A stretch of 64,000 bases of DNA from Bacillota bacterium (GCA_012842395.1 DUSX01000029.1:109-64108), one strand, 5' to 3'. Numbered from the stretch's first letter, positions 50,268 through 61,297 are shown. Made by a program: numbers and translations. The notes: a model not told the origin generated them from the sequence alone.

Positions 50268-51119
50268 TTAGTCGCGCCGTCCCCGCTCCACCGGCTCCCG
50301 TCGCTCGAACGGCACCGGCACATACTGAACAGAGGGGCGCCGCTGCACGGGTTGCGGGTAGAGCTCCATCAAACGGTAGACCTCGTAGGGCATCTCGTTG
50401 CTGACTTGGAGCCCCATGCGCCGCAGCGCATCGCAAGTGATCGGGTAATCGTGTGTCCAGCGCCCTTCCGTGAGCGTCTTCGCGATCTCGCGGGCTTTGT
50501 CCTCGGGCAGCTTCGCGGCCAGGATCTCGTATACGCTTTCATAGACCTGCACCATGGCTTTGGCGGCCATGTCCCCCAGGATTAGCGTCGTGTCGCTTAC
50601 GGAGTTCTTGTCCTTCTGCTCTATGGCCCGCAGAATGGATACCGCCGGGTAGTTCCCGAGTTGCGGGTCGACCGGGCCGAGCACGGCGTTCTCGTCCATG
50701 ACGATCTCGTCTGCGGCTAGAGCCAGGAGCGTCCCGCCAGACATCGCGTAGTGCGGCACGAACACAGTTACTTTCGCCTTGTGGCCCGCGATCGCGTGGG
50801 CGATCTGCTCCGCGGCGAGCACGAGACCGCCCGGTGTGTGGAGGATGATATCTATCGGGACATCGTCTGGCGTGAGGCGGATCGCTCTTAGCACCTGTTC
50901 CGAATCCTCGATGTCGATGTGGCGCGAGATCGGGATGCCGAGGAAGCTGATTGCCTCCATGCGGTGGATCATGGCTATGACCCGCGATCTCCTCTTGCGT
51001 GAGAGGGAGTTGAGGATGTGCAGCCTTGCGAGCTCGATCCTTCGCCTTCCGAAGAGGGGCGAGAGGAGGCTCCACACCAGGAGAAGGATCCAGAAGAGGT
51101 TGAAGAACGTGTCGGACAT
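50268..51119 (-). CDS. SDH family Clp-fold serine protease (DUF114)
   Basis: IDIEDSEQVLRAI, LHTPGGLVLAAEQIA, PHYAMSGGTLLALAAD, GRWTHDYPI; N-terminal TM; GGAG RBS. Confidence 0.9.
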   Translation of the reverse strand: MSDTFFNLFWILLLVWSLLSPLFGRRRIELARLHILNSLSRKRRSRVIAMIHRMEAISFLGIPISRHIDIEDSEQVLRAIRLTPDDVPIDIILHTPGGLVLAAEQIAHAIAGHKAKVTVFVPHYAMSGGTLLALAADEIVMDENAVLGPVDPQLGNYPAVSILRAIEQKDKNSVSDTTLILGDMAAKAMVQVYESVYEILAAKLPEDKAREIAKTLTEGRWTHDYPITCDALRRMGLQVSNEMPYEVYRLMELYPQPVQRRPSVQYVPVPFERREPVERGRRD

Positions 51120-51423
51120 ATCCACGCTCTCTCCTGTCTGCGGTTGCGGCCTTGTTGGGCGCGAGGTCAGGAACGCTTGCGACTCTTGGGAGCGGTTGAC
51201 GGTCGCTGCGCGGTGGGTGTCAAAACCCGGCCACCCGTCCGGCCCGGCGGGCCGCGCATCCCGCATCCTGTGAGGGTGGCCTGCCGGGGCGCCGTTCCCG
51301 AGGGCAACACCGGCAAACCTAGGCTCGCCCTGACGTTGACGCACTTGCCTTGCTTGCCCCTTGAGTTAAGTTTCCGTCCGGGTGGCATGAATATGCGGCC
51401 CCCTTAGGCTGCCGACTCTGGGA

Positions 51424-51645
51424 CTGAGTGCATCGTCGGCAGTTCGCGCTGCTCTGCGGCGCGAGCGTCCCCTGCCTAAGGCTACCTATCGGCCTTGCGC
51501 TCCGCGGCGATGGCGTGCTCTCGGCTCGCATCGTTCGGATCCGGCACACGAGATAGCCGAATTCCGGGCGCCCCGTCGTGCAGGGGCCGGCGGCAACCCG
51601 AACGCCGCCCAAAGGAGGAGACGAGGACTCACGGAGCGATACTTG
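51424..51645 (+). mobile_element. MITE-like repeat family 1, copy D (diverged)
   Basis: CTGAGTGCATCGTCGGCAGTTCGCGCT...CGTTCGGATCCGGCACACGAGATAGCCGAATTC...CCCCGTCGTGCA...GGCAACCC...GAGACGAGGACT. Confidence 0.7.
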
Positions 51646-51818
51646 ATACTTAACTTAGGATGTAAGGCGGCGCGCTGTGCCCGACTCCACTCTTCAAGCC
51701 ATCCCTCGCCTCGTCTCATGCTCTGGGAGATCGTGGTTTCCAGGCGCTTGTGTCTCGGAAACTCGTGTAGTAGAATTGCATGGGGGAATGAGCCACAAGC
51801 TGATGGAGGGACGAACGG

Positions 51819-52703
51819 ATGGTTGAAAAGGCAACGTTTACCGTCAAGAAAGGCCTTGCGGAGATGCTCAAGGGTGGCGTGATCATGGACGTCACCACCC
51901 CCGAGCAGGCGAAGATCGCCGAGGATGCCGGCGCAGTTGCTGTCATGGCACTGGAGCGCGTGCCCGCCGATATCAGGGCGCAGGGCGGCGTGGCAAGGAT
52001 GTCCGACCCCGCCATAATCGAGGCGATCATGGAAGCTGTCACAATCCCGGTCATGGCCAAATGCAGGATCGGGCATTTCGTTGAGGCGCAGATCCTTGAG
52101 GCTCTGGGCGTAGATTACATCGACGAGAGCGAGGTCCTGACACCAGCCGACGAGGAGCATCACATAGACAAGCACCAGTTCAAGGTGCCGTTCGTCTGCG
52201 GTTGCCGTAACCTGGGGGAGGCCCTGCGAAGGATCGGAGAAGGCGCGGCGATGATTCGCACGAAGGGCGAGGCCGGCACGGGCGACGTCGTCGAAGCCGT
52301 GCGACATATGAGGCGGGTAATGAGCGAGATACGCAGGCTTACTTCGATGCGCGAAGATGAGCTAATGGCGGCAGCCAAGGAGATGCAGGCCCCATACGAG
52401 CTTGTGGTGCAGGTTGCGAAGGAAGGCAAGCTCCCCGTGGTGAACTTCGCTGCCGGTGGCATCGCGACTCCCGCGGATGCCGCTCTTATGATGCAGCTGG
52501 GGGCGGACGGGATCTTCGTGGGTTCGGGCATATTCAAGTCCGACAACCCGGCGGCCAGGGCGCGCGCCATCGTGGATGCGACGGCTCATTACAACGACCC
52601 GGACATCCTCGCGAAGGTGTCCCGCGGCATCGGTGAACCGATGAAGGGTCTCGCCGCTGCGTCCTTGAAGGAAGAGGAGAGGTTGCAGGTGAGAGGCTGG
52701 TGA
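51819..52703 (+). CDS. pdxS: Pyridoxal 5'-phosphate synthase lyase subunit
   Basis: [42 protein letters not shown]. Confidence 0.98.
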   Translation: MVEKATFTVKKGLAEMLKGGVIMDVTTPEQAKIAEDAGAVAVMALERVPADIRAQGGVARMSDPAIIEAIMEAVTIPVMAKCRIGHFVEAQILEALGVDYIDESEVLTPADEEHHIDKHQFKVPFVCGCRNLGEALRRIGEGAAMIRTKGEAGTGDVVEAVRHMRRVMSEIRRLTSMREDELMAAAKEMQAPYELVVQVAKEGKLPVVNFAAGGIATPADAALMMQLGADGIFVGSGIFKSDNPAARARAIVDATAHYNDPDILAKVSRGIGEPMKGLAAASLKEEERLQVRGW

Positions 52704-52907
52704 CTTGCGGCGCGGGCTCGCTCGCGGAGCGAGAACCTCACCCGTCGTGGCCGGTGGGGTGGCCTGTGGCCTGCGGCCACCGGGGCGCGATTGGGCAAGA
52801 GGGTCATAGCACCGGCTCTGTCTGAAGGTTCGATTGCACCGAGCTTTGCGTGCATTGACGGTAGCGGCTAGTGCGACGGCAGCGGCTAGTGGCAGGAGGT
52901 CGCAGGG

Positions 52908-53483
52908 GTGAAGGTAGGAGTTTTGGCGCTTCAGGGTGACGTGGCGGAGCATTTGAGCATGATCACGGCAGCGGGCGCGGACGCGGTGGAGGTCAGGTAC
53001 AAGGAGCAGGTGGATGGGCTGGACGGCCTTATCATACCAGGCGGCGAGAGCACGACCGTGGGAAAGCTGATGGAGCGGTTCGGGTTCGTGGAGGAGATCC
53101 GAAACCAAGCAGCCCGGGGCCTCGGTGTATTCGGCACGTGCACCGGGCTCATTCTTCTCTCTCGTGAGGTCTCGGGTTCCGACCAGATCTGCCTGGGCCT
53201 CATGGACTTCGTGGTGAAGCGGAACGCCTTCGGGCGACAGGTGGACAGTTTCGAGGCCGACATCGAGATACCTGCGGTCGGGGGCCCTCCCATGCGTGCT
53301 GTATTCATCCGGGCGCCCTACATCCTTTCGGTCGGTCGAGGCGTTGATGTGCTGGCGAGGTTCGATGACAAGATCGTGCTCGCCCGGCAGGGGCGGCACC
53401 TCGCGTGTGCGTTCCATCCGGAGGTAACGTCCGACACGAGGCTCCACCGATATTTCCTTGACATGTTGGCGGGCAGAGCGTAA
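52908..53483 (+). CDS. pdxT: Pyridoxal 5'-phosphate synthase glutaminase subunit
   Basis: GVLALQG, IPGGEST, GTCTG, RNAFGRQVDSFE, FHPE. Confidence 0.97.
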   Translation: MKVGVLALQGDVAEHLSMITAAGADAVEVRYKEQVDGLDGLIIPGGESTTVGKLMERFGFVEEIRNQAARGLGVFGTCTGLILLSREVSGSDQICLGLMDFVVKRNAFGRQVDSFEADIEIPAVGGPPMRAVFIRAPYILSVGRGVDVLARFDDKIVLARQGRHLACAFHPEVTSDTRLHRYFLDMLAGRA

Positions 53484-53671
53484 CGAGTGCGCAGCGCGAT
53501 GGCTGGCGGCTTCCCGGTGCGCCGCCCTGAGCGGCGGGCACGCCGCGCTGCGATGCCCTTCGCGAACGCGGCACCGGTGACGACAGGGGCGCACCCGGGC
53601 ATTGGGGCTGCACGCGCGCTGACGGCGCCAGGAGCCAGCACAGGGGTAGTTCGGTGCGGGCGGCGCAGGTC

Positions 53672-53886
53672 CTAAAGTATGGCGCCATGAGTTTTCGTCT
53701 CCTTTTCTTGACGGCGTGGGCTTGCCGGTGCTTGCACGACGCGGCGGGGAGGATTCGGCGGTGCCGCGCCGCGCCGAATTCGAACGGGGCGCACCGCAAG
53801 CGCGCCGTCGCCGGAGGGCAAGGCCGATAGCCTTAGGCAGGACCGCCTGGCCGAAAAGCGGCGCGAACTTTTGGCGACATACTTAG
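53672..53886 (-). mobile_element. MITE-like repeat family 1, copy E
   Basis: Ends CTAAAGTATGGCGCCATGAGTT ... AACTTTTGGCGACATACTTAG; reverse complement closely matches copy F. Confidence 0.82.
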
Positions 53887-53932
53887 CCGGGCCTTAGCGG
53901 GTAGTGTACTTCTACGTGGGAGGGGCACAGAC

Positions 53933-55177
53933 ATGTATGATATCGTGAGGTCCGTCGACCCGGAAGTCGCGGAGGCCCTCGAACGGGAGACTTGGCGCCA
54001 GAGACGAAAGATCGAACTGATAGCATCGGAGAATTTCACCAGCAGGGCGGTGATGGAGGCACAGGGGTCAACGTTGACCAACAAGTACGCCGAGGGATAC
54101 CCCGGGAGGCGTTACTACGGTGGATGCGAGTTCGTGGATGTGGTCGAGAAACTCGCTATCGAGCGGGCGAAAGCGCTTTTCGGTGCTGAGCACGCCAACG
54201 TCCAGCCGCACTCTGGTGCCCAAGCCAACACGGCGGTCTATTTCGCGGTGCTGTCCCACGGCGATACGGTGCTCGGCATGGACCTCTCCCACGGCGGACA
54301 CTTGACCCACGGTCACCCTCTCAACTTTTCGGGCAAGTACTTCAACTTCGTGCCCTACGGGGTTTCCAGGGAGACGGAGACCATAGATTACGACGCGCTT
54401 CACGCGCTTGCGAGGGAGCACAAGCCGCGAATGATAGTCGCGGGGGCAAGCGCGTATCCGAGGTTCATCGATTTCGCGCGGATCCGCCAGATCGCTGACG
54501 AGGTCGGCGCGTATGTTATGGTGGACATGGCTCATATCGCGGGGCTCGTAGCGGCGGGCGTGCACCCGAACCCAGTCCCGTATGCGGAGTTCGTCACCAC
54601 CACCACGCACAAGACCCTCCGCGGACCGCGCGGGGGCCTCATACTCTGCCAGGCTCGGTTTGCGAAAGACATCGATCAAGCTGTCTTCCCGGGTACCCAG
54701 GGCGGGCCTCTCATGCACGTGATCGCAGCGAAGGCCGTTGCGCTCAAGGAGGCCATGACCCCGGAGTTCCGCGCCTACCAGGTGCAGGTGGTCAGGAACG
54801 CTTCGGCCCTGGCCGCTGCTCTCTCGCGTCGCGGGTTTCGGATCGTCTCGGGCGGCACAGATAACCATCTCATGCTGGTGAGCGTGGCGGAGAAAGGGCT
54901 TACCGGCAAAAGGGCGGAGAAGCTCCTCGACGATGTCGGCATCACCGTAAACAAGAACACCATACCGTTTGATCCCGAGAAGCCGTTTGTAACGAGCGGA
55001 ATACGCCTCGGCACCCCCGCCGTCACCACGAGAGGGATGCGGGAGGCTGAGATGGAGGAGATCGCTGACATCATCGCGGAGGTGCTCGACAAGCCGGGGG
55101 ACGACGCGATCATGGAGTCTGCTCGCGCAAAGGTTGCGCGCCTTACGGACCGCTTCCCCCTTTATCCGGACATATGA
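53933..55177 (+). CDS. glyA: Serine hydroxymethyltransferase
   Basis: [36 protein letters not shown]. Confidence 0.98.
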   Translation: MYDIVRSVDPEVAEALERETWRQRRKIELIASENFTSRAVMEAQGSTLTNKYAEGYPGRRYYGGCEFVDVVEKLAIERAKALFGAEHANVQPHSGAQANTAVYFAVLSHGDTVLGMDLSHGGHLTHGHPLNFSGKYFNFVPYGVSRETETIDYDALHALAREHKPRMIVAGASAYPRFIDFARIRQIADEVGAYVMVDMAHIAGLVAAGVHPNPVPYAEFVTTTTHKTLRGPRGGLILCQARFAKDIDQAVFPGTQGGPLMHVIAAKAVALKEAMTPEFRAYQVQVVRNASALAAALSRRGFRIVSGGTDNHLMLVSVAEKGLTGKRAEKLLDDVGITVNKNTIPFDPEKPFVTSGIRLGTPAVTTRGMREAEMEEIADIIAEVLDKPGDDAIMESARAKVARLTDRFPLYPDI

Positions 55178-55325
55178 CCCTTGTGGCCTGAAGCCCGGGG
55201 CGTGTGCGGGAGGCGCGTGAGGGAAGCGAATGCGGTGTGACCGTGCATTCGATTCCGTTCATGTCGGCTTTAGCCTGGCTCGGGCCGTGTCCATGTGCAG
55301 AGGAGCCCGAGGACTTTTAACGCGA

Positions 55326-55362
55326 GCGCGCCGGCCCTCCCCGCGTGGGGGAGCCGGCGCGT
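55326..55362. terminator. GC hairpin between convergent glyA and the CBS-PAS-HD gene
   Basis: GCGCGCCGGC-CCTCCCC-GCGT-GGGGGAG-CCGGCGCGT. Confidence 0.45.
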
Positions 55363-55416
55363 GCGATTTCAGTCGACATTCGACATTTCAGCCCAGCCGG
55401 CATTCCGGTCGACATT

Positions 55417-56817
55417 TCAGTCGACGTTGATCACCGTGCTCTCGCCCGTGAAAAGGTCGACCACCCTAGACTTGTTGAAATCCGGGTGGCCGTTGCGCTC
55501 ATGCACGGTCACTCTCGTGCCTTCGACGTCCAGTTTTATCGTGGCGTTGCGGCGGGTGAGAGCTGCGGAAAGACCGTCCACGAGCTGCAGCAGCCTCAGC
55601 ATTGGCATCAAGTGCCGTGGGAAATCCAGCGGCAATTCTTCCTCTCTGTGATGGTGGTAACGAACCAGCCAGATCACGTCCTGATCCTTATGATAGAAGT
55701 GGGCTGCGATGTCGGCGCTCCGGGCCGCATGCGCGGGACTGTACTCGAAGACCTTCTTCGGATCCACAGTCTGCCCTATTTCTAGCTGGGGTTGAGACTT
55801 GCCGAGGTCGTGAAAGATTATGCTCTGGACGAGGACATCCTTGCTGATGCCGAGGAGCGACATAATGCCCTTGGAGTTGAGGTCCGCGAGGACCTTGAGC
55901 GCGTTGACCACGTGCTTGTAGTTGCCATCTTCGATGACCTCGGTCACGGTGATGAGACCGGTCTCGGGGTCGTACTTGTCTCTGTACTCGGGCGTATGCT
56001 TGAGCTTGTGTTCCACCCTTGAGTTCGGGAGGGTAAGCGCGAACGCCCTGTCGAGCTCGTCCCTGGAGTTGACGAGCTGGGAGCGAAGCTCTTCCTGCTC
56101 TGTGATGTCGTGGAAGGTCTCGATGATCCCCTGCACCGTGCCGTCTTCCACGAGAGGCACGTAGTTTACGGAAAAGACGCGTCCGTCAGCAAGCGGTGTC
56201 ATTACGTTGTACCTGGCCTTGCCAGTCTTCATGACCTCGAAGATTGGTGATTCGTCCCGGCTTACCATCACGGCCTTCTGGCCGATCCTGTCCGCGGCCC
56301 TCGCATTCATGAGTCTCTCCGCTGCCGGGTTGAACTCCTGGATGATGAGGTCCTTGTCTATCACGATAAGCCCCTCGTGCAGGGAACGAAGGATGGCAAG
56401 GGCCCGCTGCTCGTGGTAACGAGCACTCTTTGATAAGGCCGCTTCGCTGGAGAAAGTCATGAGCACGGACCGCTGAGGCAGGGAGGCTACCAGCATCCCA
56501 TTCTCGACTACCGGCAGTTCGGGGACACACGAGCTTTCAAAAAGGCCTGCGGCTGCTTGGAGGTCGGTTTCAGGATCAACGCTTGGAAAGCTGCTCGCGG
56601 GAATCATCACGTCTTGAGCGGTGGCGCCCTTCGCATATCCCGAGGTCAGTGCGGATATTAGCTTGCTCCCTGTGACCACGCCCAATAGCTCGTTAGTCTG
56701 CGAAACGACATACACAATGCCCCGGTCGGTCACCAAGGGCGCGAGCCCCTCAAGACCTGCCCCGGGCGCTGCCGTGACAGGTTCGAGAGTCTCAACGTCT
56801 TTGACCTTCATCTTCAT
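55417..56817 (-). CDS. CBS-CBS-PAS-HD domain signalling protein
   Basis: N-terminal CBS pair (TAQDVM, LPVVENGMLV), PAS (ILRSLHEGLIVID...FNPAAERL), HD motifs H...FHDLGK...H...YHHH...LVD. Confidence 0.8.
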   Translation of the reverse strand: MKMKVKDVETLEPVTAAPGAGLEGLAPLVTDRGIVYVVSQTNELLGVVTGSKLISALTSGYAKGATAQDVMIPASSFPSVDPETDLQAAAGLFESSCVPELPVVENGMLVASLPQRSVLMTFSSEAALSKSARYHEQRALAILRSLHEGLIVIDKDLIIQEFNPAAERLMNARAADRIGQKAVMVSRDESPIFEVMKTGKARYNVMTPLADGRVFSVNYVPLVEDGTVQGIIETFHDITEQEELRSQLVNSRDELDRAFALTLPNSRVEHKLKHTPEYRDKYDPETGLITVTEVIEDGNYKHVVNALKVLADLNSKGIMSLLGISKDVLVQSIIFHDLGKSQPQLEIGQTVDPKKVFEYSPAHAARSADIAAHFYHKDQDVIWLVRYHHHREEELPLDFPRHLMPMLRLLQLVDGLSAALTRRNATIKLDVEGTRVTVHERNGHPDFNKSRVVDLFTGESTVINVD

Positions 56818-56898
56818 GTCCTTGCCAGCCCCTCGGCGTAGTAAGAATTCTGCAACTCGAAAACTCGAAAACTCGAATCAGAACGCCTTGCCGGTGCC

Positions 56899-57111
56899 CT
56901 AAGTATGTCGCCAAGAGTTCGCGCCACTTCTCGGCGGAGGGTTCCTCCCCAGGGTTGCCGGCCTTGCCCTCCGGGGACGGCGCGTTTCCGGCGCGCCTCG
57001 TTCGAATTCGGCGCGGCGCGAGACCGCCGAATCCTCCCCGCCGCGTCGTGCAAGCACCGGCAAGCCCACGCTGTCAAGAAGGGAAACGAACACTTATGGC
57101 GCCATATTCAG
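56899..57111 (+). mobile_element. MITE-like repeat family 1, copy F
   Basis: CTAAGTATGTCGCCAAGAGTT ... ACTTATGGCGCCATATTCAG terminal IRs with the full core. Confidence 0.82.
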
Positions 57112-57419
57112 GCGTTAACAGGCGTCCAAAAGGAATTCTAGCATAGCCTGGCTACGAAGTAAATAGCTGGTGCGCTACGGATCGTCATGGATCGACCTCG
57201 CACGACACAAAGGCCCAAGTATCGCGCGGTCGGAGCCTTGGTCACTTCCGCGCGGTCTCATACTATCGCAAAGTTGTAGATGGTGCTGCGCGTTCTGGAC
57301 TTCTATGCTAAAATAGGTAGGGCGCAAAACATGTTCGGGCGCTTCGGGCTCCGGGTTCTCGTGGGTATGGGTCCGTGGCTCGGGGCGCGTGACAAATTCA
57401 TATGTGAGGGGGACGAGCT

Positions 57420-57998
57420 ATGGCACAGGTTCTCGAGATTCGCTGGCATGGGAGGGGTGGCCAAGGGGCGAAGACCGCCGCCATCCTCCTGGGCGAGGCG
57501 GCCGCGTCGGTGGGCAAGTACATTCAAGCCTTTCCCGAGTACGGCCCCGAGCGGATGGGCGCGCCCGTGCTGGCATTCAACCGGATCAGCGACGAGCCCG
57601 TGAGGATGCACTGCCACGTGTCGAACCCTAGGATAGTAGTGGTCCTTGACCCGACGCTGATCGGGAAGAACGACGTGACGTCGGGGGTGCCGGAAGACGG
57701 GATCTATCTTGTGAACACGAATCTTTCTCCGGCAGAGATGCGGACGAGGCTCAAGGTGAAAAGCGGCAAGGTCTTCACCGTTGACGCCACGCAGATATCC
57801 ATCGACACCATCGGCCGGGCCATTCCAAACACCCCGATGATGGGTGCCCTAATAAGGGCGACAGGCCTTATGACGCTGGAGGAGTTCATAGCTGATACCC
57901 GGCACAAGCTTGAGATGAAGTTCAGGTCGAAGCCTGAGGTCATCGAGGGCAACATCAAGGCCATCGAGCGGGCCTACCAGGAGGTGCAGTCGGAGTAA
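57420..57998 (+). CDS. porC: Pyruvate/2-oxoacid:ferredoxin oxidoreductase gamma subunit
   Basis: EIRWHGRGGQGAKT, FPEYGPERMGAP. Confidence 0.93.
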   Translation: MAQVLEIRWHGRGGQGAKTAAILLGEAAASVGKYIQAFPEYGPERMGAPVLAFNRISDEPVRMHCHVSNPRIVVVLDPTLIGKNDVTSGVPEDGIYLVNTNLSPAEMRTRLKVKSGKVFTVDATQISIDTIGRAIPNTPMMGALIRATGLMTLEEFIADTRHKLEMKFRSKPEVIEGNIKAIERAYQEVQSE

Positions 57999-58396
57999 TG
58001 AGCGCTAATGGAAAAGTAAAGGGCTGGAAGGACGTGCCGATAGGCGGGCTTATCCTGGAGGCCGGCAGCGCGGACAAGTACGAGACCGGCGACTGGCGAA
58101 CCTACCGTCCTGTCTGGGACGAGGCGAAGTGCAGGCACTGCATGACATGCTGGATTTACTGCCCTGACTCATCCATTCTGGTGCGCGAGGGCAAGATGAT
58201 CGGCATCGACTATAAGCATTGCAAGGGCTGTGGGATATGCGCCCATGAGTGCCCTGCGAAGTGCATAGATATGCGCCTCGAGACGGAGCTCGAGGCTGAG
58301 AGGCCTGAGGGCTCTGGAAGCGCTGAGACGGGTGCTCCCGTGGGCGCGGGGTGCGGGTGCCGTTCAAAGAGCAGCGGGAAGGCTGGTGGAAAGTGA
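57998..58396 (+). CDS. porD: Pyruvate/2-oxoacid:ferredoxin oxidoreductase delta subunit (2x[4Fe-4S])
   Basis: TGDWRTYRP, CRHCMTCWIYCP, CKGCGICAHECP. Confidence 0.93.
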   Translation: MSANGKVKGWKDVPIGGLILEAGSADKYETGDWRTYRPVWDEAKCRHCMTCWIYCPDSSILVREGKMIGIDYKHCKGCGICAHECPAKCIDMRLETELEAERPEGSGSAETGAPVGAGCGCRSKSSGKAGGK

Positions 58397-59571
58397 TGAA
58401 GAAAGTGGCGATTACCGGAAACGAAGCTGTATCGCAGGCGATGCGTCAGATCAACCCTGACGTGGTGGCTGCCTACCCGATAACTCCGCAAACCGAGATC
58501 GTCCAGATCTTCTCCACTTTCGTGGCAGACGGGGATGTTGATACGGAGTTCGTCACCGTGGAGAGCGAGCACTCGGCCATGAGCGCGACGATCGGCGCGT
58601 CGGCGGCGGGTGCAAGGGCGATGACCGCTACCTCGTCGCAAGGGTTCGCTCTCATGTGGGAGATGCTGTATATCGCAGCCGGTTTGAGGCTTCCCATCGT
58701 GATGCCGGTCGTGAACAGGGCGTTGTCAGCGCCCATCAACATCCACTGCGACCATAGCGACACAATGGGAGCGCGCGATTCCGGGTGGATCCAGCTCTAT
58801 TCCGAGAACGCGCAGGAAGCTTACGACAACCTGATTCAGGCGGTACGGATCGCGGAGCATCCGGATGTTCAGCTTCCCACGATGGTCTGTATGGACGGCT
58901 TCATCGTAAGCCACGGCATGGAGAACGCTGAGCTTCTCGACGACGGCGTGGTGCGCAGCTTCATCGGCCAGCGAACCCCCAAGTACTCGCTTCTCGACGT
59001 GGACAACCCTGCCACATTCGGCGGGCTGGACTTCGCTGACTGGTACTTCGAGCACCGGCGTCAGCTCGCTGAGGCCCAGACGCACGTAAAAGACGTGGTG
59101 CTGGACGTGGCGAGGGAGTTCGCCAAGATATCCGGCAGGAGCTACGGTCTCTTCGAGGCATACAGGCTGGACGACGCCGAGCTGGCTGTGGTCGTGCTGA
59201 ACTCTGCGGCAGGAACCGCGAAGGTGGTCGTTGACGACCTGAGAGATAAGGGTTTGAAGGCAGGCTTACTGAAGATAAGGCTCTTCAGGCCGTTCCCGCA
59301 CGAGGAGATAGTGGCGGCGCTTGCAGGCAAGAAGGCCATCGCTGTTCTCGACAGGGCAGACGGCCTCTCCACGATGGGTGGGCCCGTGTTCGTGGACGTG
59401 CGATCCGCCATGTATGACGCGCCCGGGCCGAAGATGGTGAACTACATCTACGGCCTCGGCGGCAGGGACATCGACACCGAGCAGATAGCCGGGGTATTCT
59501 GGGATCTTGCCAAGATCGCCGAGACGGGCAAGATCGCGTCGCCCGTGACTTACCTCGGGGTCAGGGAATAG
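58396..59571 (+). CDS. porA: Pyruvate/2-oxoacid:ferredoxin oxidoreductase alpha subunit
   Basis: AAYPITPQT, ESEHSAMSA, TATSSQG, NIHCDHSD. Confidence 0.94.
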   Translation: MKKVAITGNEAVSQAMRQINPDVVAAYPITPQTEIVQIFSTFVADGDVDTEFVTVESEHSAMSATIGASAAGARAMTATSSQGFALMWEMLYIAAGLRLPIVMPVVNRALSAPINIHCDHSDTMGARDSGWIQLYSENAQEAYDNLIQAVRIAEHPDVQLPTMVCMDGFIVSHGMENAELLDDGVVRSFIGQRTPKYSLLDVDNPATFGGLDFADWYFEHRRQLAEAQTHVKDVVLDVAREFAKISGRSYGLFEAYRLDDAELAVVVLNSAAGTAKVVVDDLRDKGLKAGLLKIRLFRPFPHEEIVAALAGKKAIAVLDRADGLSTMGGPVFVDVRSAMYDAPGPKMVNYIYGLGGRDIDTEQIAGVFWDLAKIAETGKIASPVTYLGVRE

Positions 59572-59583
59572 GAGGCGGCAGGA

Positions 59584-60507
59584 ATGGCAAACTTGAGGGA
59601 GCTTACGAAGAAGGAAGAACTCCTGTGCGGCGGGCATCGTGCTTGCGCGGGTTGCGCCGCTCCGATAGCCGTGAGGCAGGCGTTGAAAGCCGTTGACACC
59701 CCTGTTGTTGTCGGGTGCGCCACCGGGTGCCTCGAAGTGACGACGACGATATATCCCTTCACGTCGTGGAGGGTTCCGTTCATCCACAACGCGTTCGAAA
59801 ACGCCGCCGCCACCATCAGCGGGGTGGAAGCAGCGTATAGGGCGCTCAAGAAGAAGGGCAAGATAACGCAGGATATCCAGTTCATCGCCTTCGGCGGCGA
59901 CGGCGGCACTTACGACATTGGGTTCCAGTCGCTGTCCGGGGCGATGGAGCGCGGGCATGACATGGTCTACATTTGCTACGACAACGAGGCCTACATGAAC
60001 ACGGGCATACAGAGGTCGAGCGCGACTCCCAAGGGTGCATCCACGACCACAAGCCCCGCGGGGAAGGTCATTCCCGGGAAGACGCAGTTCCGCAAGGACC
60101 TGACCGCGGTCATGGCGGCCCACAACATCCCGTACGTTGCGCAGGCGGTGCCGAGTCACTGGAACGACTTCGTCACCAAGGTCCAAAAGGCGCTTGCGGT
60201 GAAGGGCCCGGCGTTCATCAACGTCCTTGCGCCGTGCAGGCTCGGGTGGCAGTTCGATCCGTCCGAGACCATCGAGATCATGCGGGGCGCCGTGGAGACA
60301 TGCTTCTGGCCGTTGTACGAGGTCGAAAACGGCACGTGGCGCATCACCCACAAGCCCAGGGAGAAGAAGCCCGTGCGCGGATGGCTTGAGAAGCAGGGAC
60401 GATTCCGCCATCTCTTCCGGCCGGAGAACGAGCACATCATCGAGGAGATCCAGGCCGACATCGACCGCAACTGGGAGGCCCTTCTGGCGCGGGCGGGCAT
60501 GGCCTAA
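59584..60507 (+). CDS. porB: Pyruvate/2-oxoacid:ferredoxin oxidoreductase beta subunit (TPP-binding)
   Basis: GHRACAGC, ATGCLEV, GGDGGTYDIG, DNEAYMNTGIQRS. Confidence 0.94.
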   Translation: MANLRELTKKEELLCGGHRACAGCAAPIAVRQALKAVDTPVVVGCATGCLEVTTTIYPFTSWRVPFIHNAFENAAATISGVEAAYRALKKKGKITQDIQFIAFGGDGGTYDIGFQSLSGAMERGHDMVYICYDNEAYMNTGIQRSSATPKGASTTTSPAGKVIPGKTQFRKDLTAVMAAHNIPYVAQAVPSHWNDFVTKVQKALAVKGPAFINVLAPCRLGWQFDPSETIEIMRGAVETCFWPLYEVENGTWRITHKPREKKPVRGWLEKQGRFRHLFRPENEHIIEEIQADIDRNWEALLARAGMA

Positions 60508-60628
60508 GTTCCTGTGCCAGCCAGCGCAACAGCCGAGTGGCGGCGAGGCACGGGCGTGCGTTCTGGCAACGGACCCTCGCGCTCGCGCCCCGGTCGCGCC
60601 GAGCGGGCGCGGTCAAGATGGTCAAGGG

Positions 60629-60657
60629 TTGTCTCGCGGGCGTCCGGGTGTTATAAT
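60629..60657 (+). promoter_or_regulatory. SigA promoter of the serS leader
   Basis: TTGTCT-N17-TATAAT with extended TG. Confidence 0.75.
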
Positions 60658-60723
60658 CGGATATACAAACGCGCAACGCGAATTCGGAACAGGCAAGAGA
60701 TGATCCTAAAGACGGTCCGAGCC

Positions 60724-61005
60724 AAGGCGATGACGAGGACAAGTAGGCGTCAGGCCTCCCGCTGAAGAGAGCCGGGTCTGGTGTGAACCGGCGCGCAGGC
60801 CCGCCGAATCCACCTCAGAGCCGCGGGTTGAAAGGCGCGCCGCATGGGCGCCGAGTATGCCCTGCCGGGTTTGCCCGTTAACGCTTCTTGAGAGGGTCGA
60901 GCGGGCGTGGCGTGGTCGCCTACGCCTCCGGCCAATCGGGGTGGCAACGCGGGAGCACAAGCCTCTCGTCCCCATGGGTTTGTCCCAGGGGGCGAGGGGC
61001 TTTTT
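60724..61005 (+). ncRNA. T-box riboswitch (Ser, UCC specifier)
   Basis: Stem I with AGTA, AGAGA and GGTGTGAA motifs, GAA-TCC specifier at 60809-60811, T-box GGGTGGCAACGCG near 60938-60951, terminator GCCTCTCGTCCCC...GGGGGCGAGGGGC-TTTTT; upstream of serS. Confidence 0.92.
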
Positions 61006-61297
61006 ACATCCGCCGTGCGCGGTGTCATCGCGTTCCCGGGCCTTCGAAGGCCGTGACCAGCGCTAGGGCGACCAACGCGAGGTTGACGCGGCCCGCAGCA
61101 GCACGCAGCGTCGCCGCACGGCACGCCGCGTCGGGCAACGCACGGGGTCGGGCCTGGCGGAGGGGAAGCGTGTAAGCGGGAGCACGCGGCGCGGCCTCGC
61201 GCCTGACGGCGTGCGCGGCTGTGAGCAGTGGGAAAGCAGCGGGAACAGGAACAGCAGACTAGTGGATTGGTAGCGGATAGACAACGGAGGGATGAAC

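Noticed and set aside
52735..52800. Possible ZMP/ZTP (pfl) riboswitch between pdxS and pdxT, upstream of glyA
   Set aside because: GTCGTGGCCGGTGG..GTGG..CCAC.GGGGCGCGA is only loosely similar and the 3' GCCGnnCGCCUGGGC pseudoknot stem is missing
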